Source of the DNA: Rebecca billardiae RCC1528
Taxonomy: Eukaryota; Protista; Haptophyta
Direction: 5' to 3'
Length of the DNA stretch: 64,000 nt
NCBI GenBank assembly: GCA_965240325.2
Contig: OZ251243.1
Coordinates: forward strand, 434,001-498,000
In this document: in pieces, positions 10,685 through 22,401 of the stretch
Position numbering within the stretch: position 1 is the first letter of the stretch
How the letters are laid out: each line of letters starts with the position of its first letter
Program-made: the position numbers and the translations under genes
The notes under the pieces: generated by a model
Seen by the model: the letters and a program-made list of their open reading frames with translations, nothing else
The model's database searches: none
What the model was told of the DNA's origin: nothing

Positions 10685-12043
10685 ATGACGACCCACGACC
10701 GCATGACGATCGGTGCCGGGACAGCCGCCGGCCCGCCGCCGTTGGGACTGTCGAAGCAGCAACGCCACAAGCCGGGGAACCAGCCTATCCCCGTGGTGTG
10801 GCGCGCCGGCGTTCTTGCCGTCGTCGGCTTTGTCATCGTGCCGGCAACGACGCTAGCGCTCGGCTTTGCGTTTGGCGCGCTGCTCGCAAAGCTCGAGAAT
10901 TGGGACGTGTTCACGGGCGGGCTGTATATGCTCTCCAACCTCACCGGGCTGGGCACGCCGCTGACAAGCGCCAGGCCGACGACCGACTTTGGCATAGCCG
11001 CTGACATCATCATCTCCGCGTGGGCGCTCGCGGTCGTGGGGACGGTGGTTGGCACGTACAGCAACCTGACGGTGATGCCGACGCTCATCCACAAGCTCGA
11101 GGGGCAGCGCACGCGCCTCTCCACGCCGCCACTCGCGCGGCAGCTGGGCGCGTACCTGCTGCTCTCGATGGTGATCGCGCCCGCGCTCATGCTGCTGGTC
11201 GCCGCGCTCCTCGGCGCCGGCCTGGCCGCCGAAGAAGGATGGAGCACGCGCGAGGGGGTCCTCTACATGATGTCCACCACCGTCGGCCTCGCCGACCCGC
11301 TCGTCGACGTCTCGCCCACGACGCGCGCGGGGCAAGTCCTCGACATCGCAGTGTCGCTGTGGACCGTCGCGCTCGTGGGCGCGACGCTCAGCGCGGTGAG
11401 CTCCATGTCCTTCCCTGCGACGTGCGCGCGCGTTCTCGAGTATGCGCTCATCCACACCGAGAGCGCACTGATGCCCCGGTGGCTCAGCGCCACCTCGCTC
11501 GAGGCGCTGCGGAGGGACGCGCTCAAGTCGCGCGAGGCGGTGCGCGCGCCCGAGCTCCACGCGCTGCTCGTGGGCGGCGGGCTCGTGCGCTCCGAGGCGC
11601 AGGCGCAGCGCATCTTTGAGCTGTTCGACCTCGACGGCTCAGGGCTGGTCGATAAAGCCGACGCCGAGCGCGTGGCCGAGTGCCTTCGCATCGCCGCGGA
11701 GCTCGAGCGACGGCGCGGGGGCGCCGAGGCGCAGGTGGCGCGCGGTGGCGCGTGGCTTCTCGCGCCGTGCTGGCCGGCCGGCGGGGATGCAGTCGCCGAC
11801 GAGAACGCCCGCCGCGCGCCACCGTGCCCACCGTCGGAGCCAGCTGACAAGCTGGAGCCCGTCGCCCCGGCGCCTCCAGGCGATGAAGGCGGCGGCGTGA
11901 GGGGCGCGGCGGGGGGCGCCGCTGGGCGGACGATGCCCGCAGCATGTGCGCGGGCGCCCGACCATCTCGGTCGCGAGCGCCGTGGATTCAACGGTCGCGA
12001 CACTCAGCTGCCACAGCATCCAACAGTCTATAGCCGCTGCTGA
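10685..12043 (+). CDS. Two-pore-domain (TPK/K2P-like) ion channel-like protein with EF-hand
   Basis: Two TM-pore-TM modules (LENWDVFTGGLYMLSNLTGLGTPL..PTTDFG; EEGWSTREGVLYMMSTTVGLADPL..PTTRAG) and an EF-hand loop DLDGSGLVDKAD. Start codon uncertain (10685 or 10703). Confidence 0.7.
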   Translation: MTTHDRMTIGAGTAAGPPPLGLSKQQRHKPGNQPIPVVWRAGVLAVVGFVIVPATTLALGFAFGALLAKLENWDVFTGGLYMLSNLTGLGTPLTSARPTTDFGIAADIIISAWALAVVGTVVGTYSNLTVMPTLIHKLEGQRTRLSTPPLARQLGAYLLLSMVIAPALMLLVAALLGAGLAAEEGWSTREGVLYMMSTTVGLADPLVDVSPTTRAGQVLDIAVSLWTVALVGATLSAVSSMSFPATCARVLEYALIHTESALMPRWLSATSLEALRRDALKSREAVRAPELHALLVGGGLVRSEAQAQRIFELFDLDGSGLVDKADAERVAECLRIAAELERRRGGAEAQVARGGAWLLAPCWPAGGDAVADENARRAPPCPPSEPADKLEPVAPAPPGDEGGGVRGAAGGAAGRTMPAACARAPDHLGRERRGFNGRDTQLPQHPTVYSRC

Positions 12044-13155
12044 CACTGATCAATGATGCGGATGAGCAACAGTGTGTCATCAGCTGATGCTGATCCTGAT
12101 GTTCGTAACGGTAAACGGCCTGACGCCCGGCCGCCATTGTCAACTCACAGCAACAATATATATATATATATATAAGTACTGTTGACGATCAGGTTTAGAC
12201 GATCAAAGATCACCGCGCATGATTCACGAGAAGAGAGAGAGAGAGATCTCGAGAGAGAGCTATCTAGAGAGATTGAGAGAGAGTCTCAGAGAGAGAGAAA
12301 GACTAAAGAGATCTCTGAGAGAGAGAGGCAGAGAGAGCGATGTAAAGTAGGGAGAGGGAGTCAGTCGTATGGAGATAGCGCTCGTTGGAACTTGAGCGCC
12401 CGGTTTGGCGCCCACGCGGCGAGGGCGACGACGCGCGTGGCCGGCGGCGGCGGGAAGCGCGCGGGCGCGGCCGAGAACGGCACGGTCCGGACGCCTCTCG
12501 CCAGCCGCGGACGCGCACCGCGCCTCCTCCTCGCAAGCTGCTAACTTGCCAAGCGGTGGTTTTGCTGCCGACCAGCTCAAGTTCCACGGCTGGTCAAGGT
12601 TCGGCTTGCGACCTAGCCGCTGGTGCTTGCAAGAAGGTACACGAGTTGGTCGAACTCCCGCGCACCCGCTCTGCGCTCGTCGACGCCCTCCGCTGAAGGT
12701 GACTCGGGGTGCATGCGGGGCAGTGGAACGGCAGTGGTTCGGCGTTGACTCTCAGTCGTCCAGCGCGCAGGCCATGTAGCGCGGATGTGGTGCGCGCATG
12801 GCCCGGTAATTCGGTCGCGGCATGTCTGTCTGGGCTGCCCAAGGCCTGCCGCACCGCGAAGCGAGCGCTCAGGAGCGTGTGCCGAGCGCGCCAGCCATGC
12901 GAAGTGAGATGGGGCACTTCGCTGGAGAAGAGTCGGAAATTTCTATCGCCGCGGCGCCCCCGCGAGGGTCTCCCGGACTCGCCGGCTCCCTCCGCGGCTC
13001 CGCCGCACCGCTCTCGCTCGATAAGCACACCGCCGCCGCCAGCACGGTCGGGCGTTTGGCTCGGTGTGTTTGTGGGCCAAAACGGCTCACGTGCGTGGAC
13101 GTGAGCGGCGCGCGCTCTCGGTTGGTGGGGCGCGTGACGGGCAGCATTCGCGCCG

Positions 13156-14064
13156 ATGGAGCGGTACAAGCGCGAGCGTGTGATCGGTAAGGGCGCCTTC
13201 GGCTCGGCGCTCCTCGTCACCGATCGGCACTCGGGCGCGCGCTACGTGATCAAGCAGGTGGACGTCTCGAAGATGGGGCAGAAGGAGCGCGACGACGCGA
13301 AGAAGGAGGTGAAGCTGCTCGGCTCGTTCAAGCACCCGAACATCGTGCGGTACCGCGAGTCGTTCATCGACCAGGGCATGCTCTGCATCGTGATGGACTT
13401 CGCCGACGGCGGCGACCTGCACAAGCTGCTCGCCGAGCAGCGCGGCGCACACCTGCCTGAGGAGCGGGTGCTCGACCTCTTCGTGCAGATCTGCCTGGCG
13501 CTGAAGCACATCCACGACCGGAAGGTGCTGCACCGCGACATCAAGTCGCAGAACGTCTTCCTCACCTCCAACCGGCGCATCGTCAAGCTCGGCGACTTTG
13601 GCATCGCGCGCGTGCTCACGAACACGCGCGAGCTCGCGCGCACCGCGTGCGGCACCCCTTACTACATGAGCCCCGAGATCTGCGACGGGAAGCCGTACAA
13701 CGACAAGTCGGACGTGTGGTCGCTGGGCTGCCTGCTCTACGAGATGCTCACGCTGCGCTGCCCCTTCGACGCGCGCGACATGCGCGGCCTCGTGATCAAG
13801 ATCCTCCGCGGCCACTACCCGCCGCTGCCTGTCGGCAAATACTCTCGCGGCACGTCCGAGCTGGTGGCGCGGCTGCTGCGGCGGAGCCCGACGGAGCGGC
13901 CGTCGGTGAACGAGATCCTGCGCATGCCGATCATGCGCGCGCGCATCGACTCCTTCCTCTCCACCGAGGTCAAGGCCGACGAGTTCTCGCACACGGTGCT
14001 GCACCGCAATCCGTCGCACAACCGCGCCGCGCTGCCGAGCTCCGAGCTGGCCGCCGCCGCCGCC

Positions 14065-14096
<32 letters not shown>

Positions 14097-17000
14097 CGGC
14101 GGCGGCGGCGGCGGTGTGGGCGGCGGCGCGAACGGGTATGGCGCGCCGCCGGGCGGCGGGCAGGCCGGGCCGAACGGCGCGGCGCAGGGGCCGGCGTACG
14201 GTGGGCGCGCCGCGGCGGGTCCGCCGATCCTGCCTCCGCCTGCGCATGCCGCGCACAACGCCGCCAACGCGCCGCCCGACCCGGCGGCGCTGCGCGAGCG
14301 GTACCAGGCGCAGCGCCGCGAGCGCGACGCGGCGGTGCGCGTCGCGAGCGCAGCGCAGCGCAAGCTCGCGGAGGAGGCCGCGGCCGCGGCCGAGGCGGAG
14401 CGGCGCGCGCGCGCGGCCGAGGCGCGCGAGGCGGCCGAGCGAAAGAGCAGAGCGCGCGTCGAGGCGGCCGCAGCCGAGCGTGAGCGCGCCGAGCGCGCCG
14501 CGGCGCACGCGCGCGAGCTGGCGGAGCGGCGTGTGAAGCAGCACGAGGAGGCGATGGCGGCGCGGGCGAAGGCGCGTGCGGAGGAGGCCGCGCGGCTGCA
14601 GGCCGCGCGTGAGAAGGCGGAGGCACGCCGCGCCGCCGCGGCGGCCATGTTCGCGCCGCCGCCGGCCGCGCCCGCGCCCGCCGCCGCCGAGCCGCCGCAG
14701 CAGCAGCCGCCGCCCATGGGCCCGGCGCGCGCGGCGCTCGCACACGACGCGCGGCGCCTCGACCTGGAGCGGCAGCGGCGCGAGCTCGCGGAGCGGCGCG
14801 AGGCGCTCCAGCGCAGGCGGGAGGAGGAGGAGGCGCGCCTTGCGGCCGAGCGGCGCGCGCGTCACACGCCGCGCGGCGCCGAGCCGGCCGCGCCGCCGCA
14901 AGGCTCGCCCGGCGCGCAGCACTGGCAGCGCGTGCGGGAGTTCCGCGAGCGGCAGGCGGAGGCGGAGCGCAACCGTCGTCGCGGCCGGCCGCAGAGCGAC
15001 GCGCCCGGCCTGGACGACGGCCGCGCGGTCGACGGCGTCGTCGTGATGACCGCGGCGCAACGGCAGGCGATTGCCGCGCGCGCCGCGGACGCCCTCGACG
15101 CCCCGAGAGCGCCTGCGGACGGGGCGGCCGCACTGGGCGACGCGGCGACGCGGCACGCGTTCCCGTCGCCGCCGGGGCCTGGGCGCGCGGGCGCGCGGGC
15201 GCGCGACGGCGCCGACGGCGAGCCGCCCGCGCCGCCCGCGCCCGCGGGCGGCGCTGTGCCTTCCAGCCTGCCACCCGTCGCAGGGCTGGGCGGCGCGCCC
15301 GCCGCCGCCGCGCCGCGCCCAGCGCCCGTGCCCGTCGCGGCGTGGCTCCCGCCAGCCGCGCCGCCGCCGCCACAGCAGCCCGCGCCGCCGCCGCCGCCCA
15401 ACCCCCTCGACGACGCGGCGGAGCGGCGGCGCATCTGGGAGGAGAACCAGTACGCCGTGCAGCGCAACCGCCAGCGGGTGGCGCACTCGGAGGCTGGCAG
15501 TGTCACGCCCTACTCGTCCGAACAGCCCGGCGCCGCGCCGCCGCTGCCCGCTCGGCGGCCGTCGGTCGACCACGCGCACGCGCGCGCCGCCGCGCCGCCG
15601 GCGCCGGCACCGGCGCTGCCGCACGCCGGCCGCGCCGCCGGCCTCGACGGCTTCGACGAGCTCACGCCGCAGCAGCTGGCGATGCAACGCAAAATTGAGC
15701 GGCAGGCAGCGGACGAGGCGCGCTACAAGGCGGAGGCCGAGCGCATACGCCGCGAGAACTTCGAGGCGAAGCGCGCCGCGGCCGCGCGGCTGCGCGCGGA
15801 GCATTCGACGCCGACGCAGCCGCCGCCGCCGCCGCCGCCGCAGCGCACGCCGTCGGGCTCGGCGGAGCCGACTGTCCAGCGCAGGCCGAGCGACGGCGGC
15901 GGCGGCGGCGGCAACGCCGCCGCCGCCGCCGCGCTCGCGATTGCCAACGCCGGCAACGCGCGCTCCACTCCGCAGCGCCAGCCCTCCTCCGGCTCGGCGG
16001 CGGTGGACCTCGCGGAGCTCGACGCTCGCGCGGCGGAGGCGCTCACGCGGCTCCAACGGATGCACGACGCGATCGACAGCGCGGAGCGCGCGAGCGGCGT
16101 GCCGGAGGTGCAGCGACGAGGCTCGGCGCCCGCCGCGCCTCCGTATCACGCGGTGGCCGGCGCAGCGGCCGGCGCCGCGCCCCCGCCGCCCGCTCTCCCG
16201 GAGCCGGTGAGCGATCGGATCGCGTCTCGCGAGGCGCAGCTGCAGCGCGTGGCGGTGCAGCGGCGGTGGCGCGGTGGCGCCGGCGGTGGCGCTGCCGAGG
16301 AGGACGGCGGCGGCGCGGAGGGCGCGGGCGGCGCGGGCTCGCGCGAGCGCGCGCGCTGGCAGCCCGATGACCCTGTGCAAATTGCGGAGCAGCTCCGAGG
16401 CGCGAGCGGCGCGCCTGCGCCGCGCTCGCAGCCCGAGCCCGCGGCGGCAGCCGCGCCGCCGCCCGCGCGCCAGCTCGCGCTGCCCGCCGCCGCCGCCGCC
16501 GAGCTCTTCGCCGCGACGAAAGGCTTCTCGGAGCCGCCGTGCACGCCGCGCGACGCGGCATCCTTCTCGGCCGTGCAGCCTGCCCACGCCGACGCCGACG
16601 GCGGCGGCGCCGCGCGCGACGACGACGACCGCAGCAGCCAAGGCAGCGGCGGCGACGATGTGCGCGCACGGGCGCGCCGCCGCCCCGCGCCCCGCCTCGG
16701 CCGCTCACTCACCCCGCGCTCCTTCCTCCCTGCCCCGCGCCCACACCCCACCCCGCCCACTCCCGCCCAGCCTGAGGCGGAGGCACCCTCTCTGCGCGCC
16801 ATCCGCGAGGAGCAGCAGTACGCTGAGATGCTCGAGACGATGCTCAACCTCTCCGCCGAGCTGGAGGACTCGGAGGAGGCTGAGGCGGGGGCTGCGGCGG
16901 AGGAGGCGGCCGATTCGCAGCCGGCGGGCGGGTTGGGCGGAGCCGGCGCGCCGCGCGGTGCGAGGCGCGGGCGCGATGGCGAGGAGGCGGCGGCGGCGGA

Positions 17001-17415
17001 GGTGCGCGCAGCGATGCGACAGGACGGCCAGGCCGAGGTTGCGCGCATGCGCGCTGCGCTCGTGCAGCAGCTCGGCGAGGATCGATTCGGCGCCGCGTAC
17101 AGCCGGTGCGCGCCGCGCGCCGCGCCGCGCCGAGCGTCCTCTGCCTCTTGGCTGCCGCGCGCGCGCGCGTGGGGCAGACGGGTGGGGCGCACGCGCGTCG
17201 CTGTCGGCTGACGGGCCCGCGCTCGCCACACGCGCCGCGCCGCGCCCGCGCCGCGCGGCAGGTTGCTCGCCGTCGCCGAGGAGGACGACGACGAGGCGCT
17301 GGCACGCGACGTGCAGCACATCCTCGGCGCAGAACACATGGCCGTGCTCGGCGACGTGCTGCACCTGATCGACTGCGAGGAGCAGCTGCAGGAGCGCGGC
17401 GCCATCTGGCACTAG
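13156..17415 (+). CDS. NEK: NIMA-related (NEK1-like) Ser/Thr kinase; introns 16660-16770 and 17106-17261
   Basis: IGKGAFG, VIKQV, HPNIVRY, LHRDIKSQNVFL, DFGIARVL, GTPYYMSPE; coiled-coil middle region; spliced C-terminal LGEDRFGAAYSRLL; stop TAG at 17413-17415. Confidence 0.92.
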
Positions 17416-17626
17416 CTACTTGGCCTGGCTTCCGTTACTAGCTTCCGCCCGTGACCCTCGGCCTCGGCCTCGGCCTCACCCTCCGGTACACTTGACACTA
17501 CGTACTACTGAGTCTCGGTGAGTGAGTAGCTCACTGGACATCGCATTCTGACGACGCCAGAGCAAATATAGACCGCGGGCGCGGCGGCGCTGCGCGTATG
17601 ACTATGACATAATAACAATAACAATA

Positions 17627-17630
<4 letters not shown>

Positions 17631-17712
<82 letters not shown>
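17631..17712. repeat. (AG)n microsatellite
   Basis: Seen directly. Confidence 0.97.
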
Positions 17713-17717
<5 letters not shown>

Positions 17718-17805
17718 TAGATAGCATACATATATATATGATGTCATCAGAGCTGACTGTGCGACGCTGACTCAGGCCAGCCTCGGGGTGTTCATGCCGC
17801 CGGCG

Positions 17806-18789
17806 TCACGCGCCGCTGCCGCGCCCGCTGCCGCTGGCAGCATCGGCATCGGGATCGGCCCCGCACTCCCCGCCGGCATCGCAGTGATTGACGACGATGT
17901 CGTGCTGAGCAGCCGCAGGCGCCGCCTCCCCGTGTGGCGGCTGTGGCTGTGGCTCGGACGGGCCCTCGTCCTCTCCTCCATCCTCGCTACTGCCGTCCGA
18001 GATCTCCACCTCGGAGATCTCCATCTCGGCGTTATACCGCTCCGCCTCGGCCCACTGCCAGCGGCTCACTGAGCGCGAGAGCAGCCTGTCGCAGAGGGGG
18101 TCGGTGCGGCTGTCGTTCACGTCGCGTTGCATCGGCGTGGTGGAGTACACGACCCACGGCGAGTTGAGCACGAAGCCCCACGACGGGTGCCGCTGCACCA
18201 CCTCCGTCGGGAAGGGCAGGAAGTCCGGATGCGTCACGGCGAGCGCACGCCCTGATTGGTCCGCCTGCCATAGCGACTTGATGCGCTCGCCCGGCAGCGC
18301 GACGAAGCGCCAGGTCATGTTGTTGAAGCTCTCGTTGTCCCATCGGACGCGCCCGTCGAGCTCAAACCGAACGGTGCGCGCGGGCTGCCCCCGGTGGTAC
18401 GGATCCCGCTCCATCCAGTGCGCGCCCGCCACGCGCTTGAAGCGAAAGTGCCACACGTGTGAGCACAGCTCCTTGCGCGTGATGCGGGTGCGGCGAGCGT
18501 CACGGATGGACGCGAAGTAGCGCTCTCGCGCGGGCGTGCCAGCCTTGTTCTCCACGAATCGCGAGTGCACGTAGCTCTTGTCCGCCCACAGCTTGGCACA
18601 CAACGCCTCCCACAGCCGTTCAGAGCGCGCAGCGCGCCGCCACGCCCGGCACACGCACGCGGCCTGCAGCAGGTCGGGCGCGGCGAGGCTGGAGAGCACG
18701 TGATTGATGAGCTCTGGTAGCAGCTCGGCGAGCACGCGCGCGCCGCTCAGTTGGGCGCGCCTGCTGGTCGATCGGCGCGTGGACACCAT
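17806..18789 (-). CDS. F-box protein (327 aa)
   Basis: LAELLPELINHVLSSLAAPDLLQAACVCRAWRRAARSERLWEALC matches the F-box consensus. Confidence 0.88.
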   Translation of the reverse strand: MVSTRRSTSRRAQLSGARVLAELLPELINHVLSSLAAPDLLQAACVCRAWRRAARSERLWEALCAKLWADKSYVHSRFVENKAGTPARERYFASIRDARRTRITRKELCSHVWHFRFKRVAGAHWMERDPYHRGQPARTVRFELDGRVRWDNESFNNMTWRFVALPGERIKSLWQADQSGRALAVTHPDFLPFPTEVVQRHPSWGFVLNSPWVVYSTTPMQRDVNDSRTDPLCDRLLSRSVSRWQWAEAERYNAEMEISEVEISDGSSEDGGEDEGPSEPQPQPPHGEAAPAAAQHDIVVNHCDAGGECGADPDADAASGSGRGSGA

Positions 18790-18871
18790 CGGGGGCTTTC
18801 TTTGCCCGCGCCGCCCGCCGGGTTGCGCAGCGCTGATGAACAGTGATGGCAGGACCGGCCGTCAGGGGAAT

Positions 18872-19765
18872 TGACACTGGCCCACAGGGGGGGGTTCCGA
18901 ATTGGTCCCCCGACCTCGAGCTCGATGGCTGCCGCACGTGCGTGCCCAGCGTGCCTCGCGCGTGTACGTGCACGGTAGGGCGTCCCGACAGCGGCGGGGT
19001 GGCGTAGATGGTCGCATGGGAGGTGCATCCGTGTGTCGGAGACGTCTTGGCGCCTCGGTGGCGTGCCCACACCTCTCCTTGTCGCCGCTTGCCTGCTGCG
19101 TGCTCGGCCAGCCGTTTGGAGTGCACGCCTGCACGTGCACGGCCAGTGTCGGGCGGATCGAGCCGTAGCGAGTGTGCTTGCGGGTACTCCCACCCGATGC
19201 GGCTCTCTGCCGCCGTCGCAAGCCCTCGCGCGTGTCCTGGAACCTGCCGAATCTAGTCGGGCATGCGCCCAACATGCTCGCGAACATTGCCCAGGAATCG
19301 CATCAGAAATGCGCTATTTGAAAATAAAACTGGACAGCATGTGGTGTACCACCATGACAACACTGAACACGTCGTGGGTTGGAGTGCACGGCTTGGGATT
19401 GATGCACGAGAGCTACTACGACGGCGGCAGAGAGCCGCATCGGGTGGGAGTACCCGCAAGCACACTCGCTACGGCTCGATCCGCCCGACACTGGCCGTGC
19501 ACGTGCAGGCGTGCACTCCAAACGGCTGGCCGAGCACGCAGCAGGCAAGCGGCGACAAGGAGAGGTGTGGGCAGGCCACCGAGGCGCCGAGACGTCTACG
19601 ACACACGGATGCACCTCCCATGCGACCATCTACGCCACCCCGCCGCTGTCGGGACGCCCTACCGTGCACGTACACGCGCGAGGCACGCTGGGCACGCACG
19701 TGCGGCAGCCATCGAGCTCGAGGTCGGGGGACCAATTCGGAACCCCCCCCTGTGGGCCAGTGTCA
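18872..19765. mobile_element. Foldback/MITE-like element A with ~350-bp inverted arms and ~200-bp spacer
   Basis: About 18870-19218 is the near-perfect reverse complement of about 19419-19767; mirror-image ORFs in the ORF track (18902-19168 + and 19469-19735 -) confirm this. Confidence 0.85.
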
Positions 19766-19769
19766 ATAG

Positions 19770-20670
19770 TCCCCCTCGGGGCGCCAGTCCGGCTCAAAAG
19801 CGTTGCCGCGGCTCGCGAGATGGCTGCCCATCGCTCCCAGCGTGGGCCATCTCTCGCACAACGAGGGAGCGCCCACGCGGACACCACGGGCGCGACGGCG
19901 CGTGTGGCGTTGCGGGTTGTGTGACATGTACGTGCTACGCACATTGGCGCCTGTAATCTACCTCCATTGTCGCTTGGCTTGTGCAAGCGACCGCTGCTGT
20001 GATCTTTGATCGTACGCCCGCCCGCGCGGGCGCCCTGCTCGGATTCTTACCCTGCGCTCCTGGATGAGTGAACGCGAGCAGTGCACGTAGCCTTCGGAGG
20101 GAGGCTGCCAGCGCGTGCGCGAGCTCTCGAGCCCATCCGATCCTTGCAGACACCCCCAGGAAGAGCTCCAGAGCCATACATGACAGAAGCTGCAGAAAAA
20201 TCCCAATTCAAAAAGCAATCACCGTAATGCCTGGTATACTACCACAGGAGCGGAGACGCTGGCCCTGGAGCGGCGAGCGAAACTACATGCGAGCTGCGAG
20301 CGCTGACGGCATTCCATGAACGATGCGCAAACATCCACCACCGACAACTCCGGCCTCCCCCGGCGTTATGCACTTGTCTTTGCCCCGTGCACGGTCGGCG
20401 TGCACGTCGATCACAGGCCATGCGGAAGCAGGGACAACAGGAGCTGGAGAGAGGTGGATACGAGTCGCCCAGCGATGCCAAGGCCTGAAGAAGAGTCATC
20501 TACGACCATCAAAGCCCCGCGCCCTGCCGTGCCCGCCCTTTCATGCCTCCCATACCTCGGCCCTTGTGCGTCGTGCCGCACTGGCACGCAGTGGGTCGTC
20601 ATCACGAACCAAAAGCCTTGCGGCAACGCTTTTGCCTCAACTGCCGGCAGCCATCGTGCCCCGAGGGGGA
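19770..20670. mobile_element. Non-autonomous TIR element B (TCCCCCTCGGGGC...GCCCCGAGGGGGA)
   Basis: 13-bp perfect TIRs (18 bp if the flanking AATAG/CTATT is included); 901 bp; no recognisable transposase. Confidence 0.65.
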
Positions 20671-20674
20671 CTAT

Positions 20675-21641
20675 TCCAGACTTGGGAGTGAGTGCAGGTT
20701 TCGAGTGAGTGCGTGCCTGTGCCAGGGCCGGCATGCGTGAGTGCGTGCAGAGTCCGGCTGGCGCGGCGCCAGGACTCCGCAGGAACGAGTGAGTGCGTGC
20801 GGGGCCGGCTCCGCCGGCCAGTGAGTGCGTGCACTCGAGTGCACCGCATTATAGTTTACTATGATTTAACGTGCACACTTGGTTAAGGCGTGATTATAAT
20901 TATTCAATAATAACAATTCAATCGGATTACCGGCCGCCGTGACGCAATTGAATTAAATAGCCTGGCTACTAAGTCTTAAGTCATTCCGAGATCATTCAGT
21001 CGTCGTCGTGGCCCGCTCCTGCGGCTCCTGAGCCCGGCCATGGGGCGCGCCCTGTCAGTCGTGCGCCTCAACGAGGATGCGCTGCTGACCAAGGCCAAGG
21101 GCGACTGCAAGGACATCGCCGCGCTCACTCCTGCGAAGAGGAAGCGAATCGAGGCCGAGCTCGAGTGCCGCATCGAGCGAGGTGAGGCTGGCTATATGCC
21201 GGCAGCGGCGGACGAGGAGGAGGATGGTGGTTACGACAACTTGCAGATGACAGCGACAGTCACAGAGAGTGAGAGTATAGCGCAGTAGCAGTGTAGATAG
21301 GGCCATCTGACTCATTGCCGCGCGCAGCGCGGCTTAGCTCCGGAGGGTCTAATGCGGCAGAACGCGCGCCGCCGCGCCGACCCCGTGCGCCGGGCCCGCG
21401 CCGGCCCCGCGCCGGGGCCGGCGCCGCGCGGCGCCGGCGGCGCGGCCCGCGGCGCGGGGCGGCGCCGCACTCACTCCTCATGGAGTGAGTGCGTGCGACA
21501 GGGTGGTAGCCACCAAGTGAGTGCGTGCAGAGTCCGGATGGCGGGGGGCCGCCGACGAGTGAGTGCGTGCGAGTCCGGGAGTGAGTGCACCGAGTGCACT
21601 CACTCCGAGTGAGTGCACCGTGCACTCACTCCCAAGTCTGG
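20675..21641. mobile_element. Non-autonomous TIR element C (TCCAGACTTGGGAGTGAGTGCA) with CTAT target duplication
   Basis: 22-bp perfect TIRs at 20675-20696 and ~21620-21641; CTAT on both flanks (ACTATT if the termini are shifted by 1 nt); many subterminal GAGTGAGTGC motifs. Confidence 0.8.
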
Positions 21642-21759
21642 ACTATTCCGAATTACCCCCAACCAACCGGACTTGAAACTCTTTCCGACTCTTTGACGCC
21701 AGCAAGGTCGAGTGCGCAAAGGGCGTCCAGAAACGCGCGGCCGCCGAGTCGGGCGCGAC

Positions 21760-22401
21760 ATGAACATGTTCGCGGGACGTCTGGCCGCGGTGCTCATGCT
21801 CGCCTTGCAAAGCCCATTCATGCACACCAAGACAGGCAAGGCCATCTCGCCCATCGGCCTGATCACCAAGTTCGTCGTGGAGAACTCGAAGAAGGAGGGC
21901 GGCACTGAGATGAGCGACAACGCGCGCACCATGCTGCGCGTGCTCAACTGGCCGGCACACATGTTCGACGAGTGCGTGCTTGACCCGCTGCTGAAGGGAA
22001 AGGAGAGCAACTGCGACCCTACGTTCGTCTACGAGCGCGCCATCCCGCACGCGGTGAAGGAGACGGCCTTCTACGGCGCGCTGCCCGAGCAGTCGCAGCA
22101 GATTCTCTTCGGCGGTTGCACGACCACCGTGTTCGGCTCAATCGTCTCGCTGGCGACGGGGCGCACGCACCTGCTCGCGCTGCTGGGGAGCGGCCTGCTG
22201 GGATATGGGATGTTCCTCTGCGAACTCACCCCCACCTTCCAGTACGTCGTGTGCCTGCTGATCGCCTTCCTCGGCATCCGCTCGCGGGCAACAACTGCTG
22301 GCGCGCGCTTCCCCGCGCCTCCGCCAACTGACCCGCCGCCGCAGGCCACCGCGGCCAAGCCCGCGGCGGCGAGCTCGAAGAAGGGTAGGAAGGCTGAGTG
22401 A
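21760..22401 (+). CDS. Hypothetical membrane protein (~213 aa)
   Basis: Strong GC3 codon bias, three hydrophobic segments, Lys-rich C-terminus (KKGRKAE); no family recognised. Confidence 0.7.
   Translation: MNMFAGRLAAVLMLALQSPFMHTKTGKAISPIGLITKFVVENSKKEGGTEMSDNARTMLRVLNWPAHMFDECVLDPLLKGKESNCDPTFVYERAIPHAVKETAFYGALPEQSQQILFGGCTTTVFGSIVSLATGRTHLLALLGSGLLGYGMFLCELTPTFQYVVCLLIAFLGIRSRATTAGARFPAPPPTDPPPQATAAKPAAASSKKGRKAE

Noticed and set aside
14065-14097. (AAC)11 poly-Asn tract in the NEK kinase
   Set aside because: Ordinary coding microsatellite in a disordered linker.
13087-16641. 1184-aa antisense ORF and similar Arg/Ala/Gly-rich ORFs (e.g. 1324-3522, 7108-8643)
   Set aside because: Shadow ORFs caused by high GC, opposite or overlapping genes with clear motifs.
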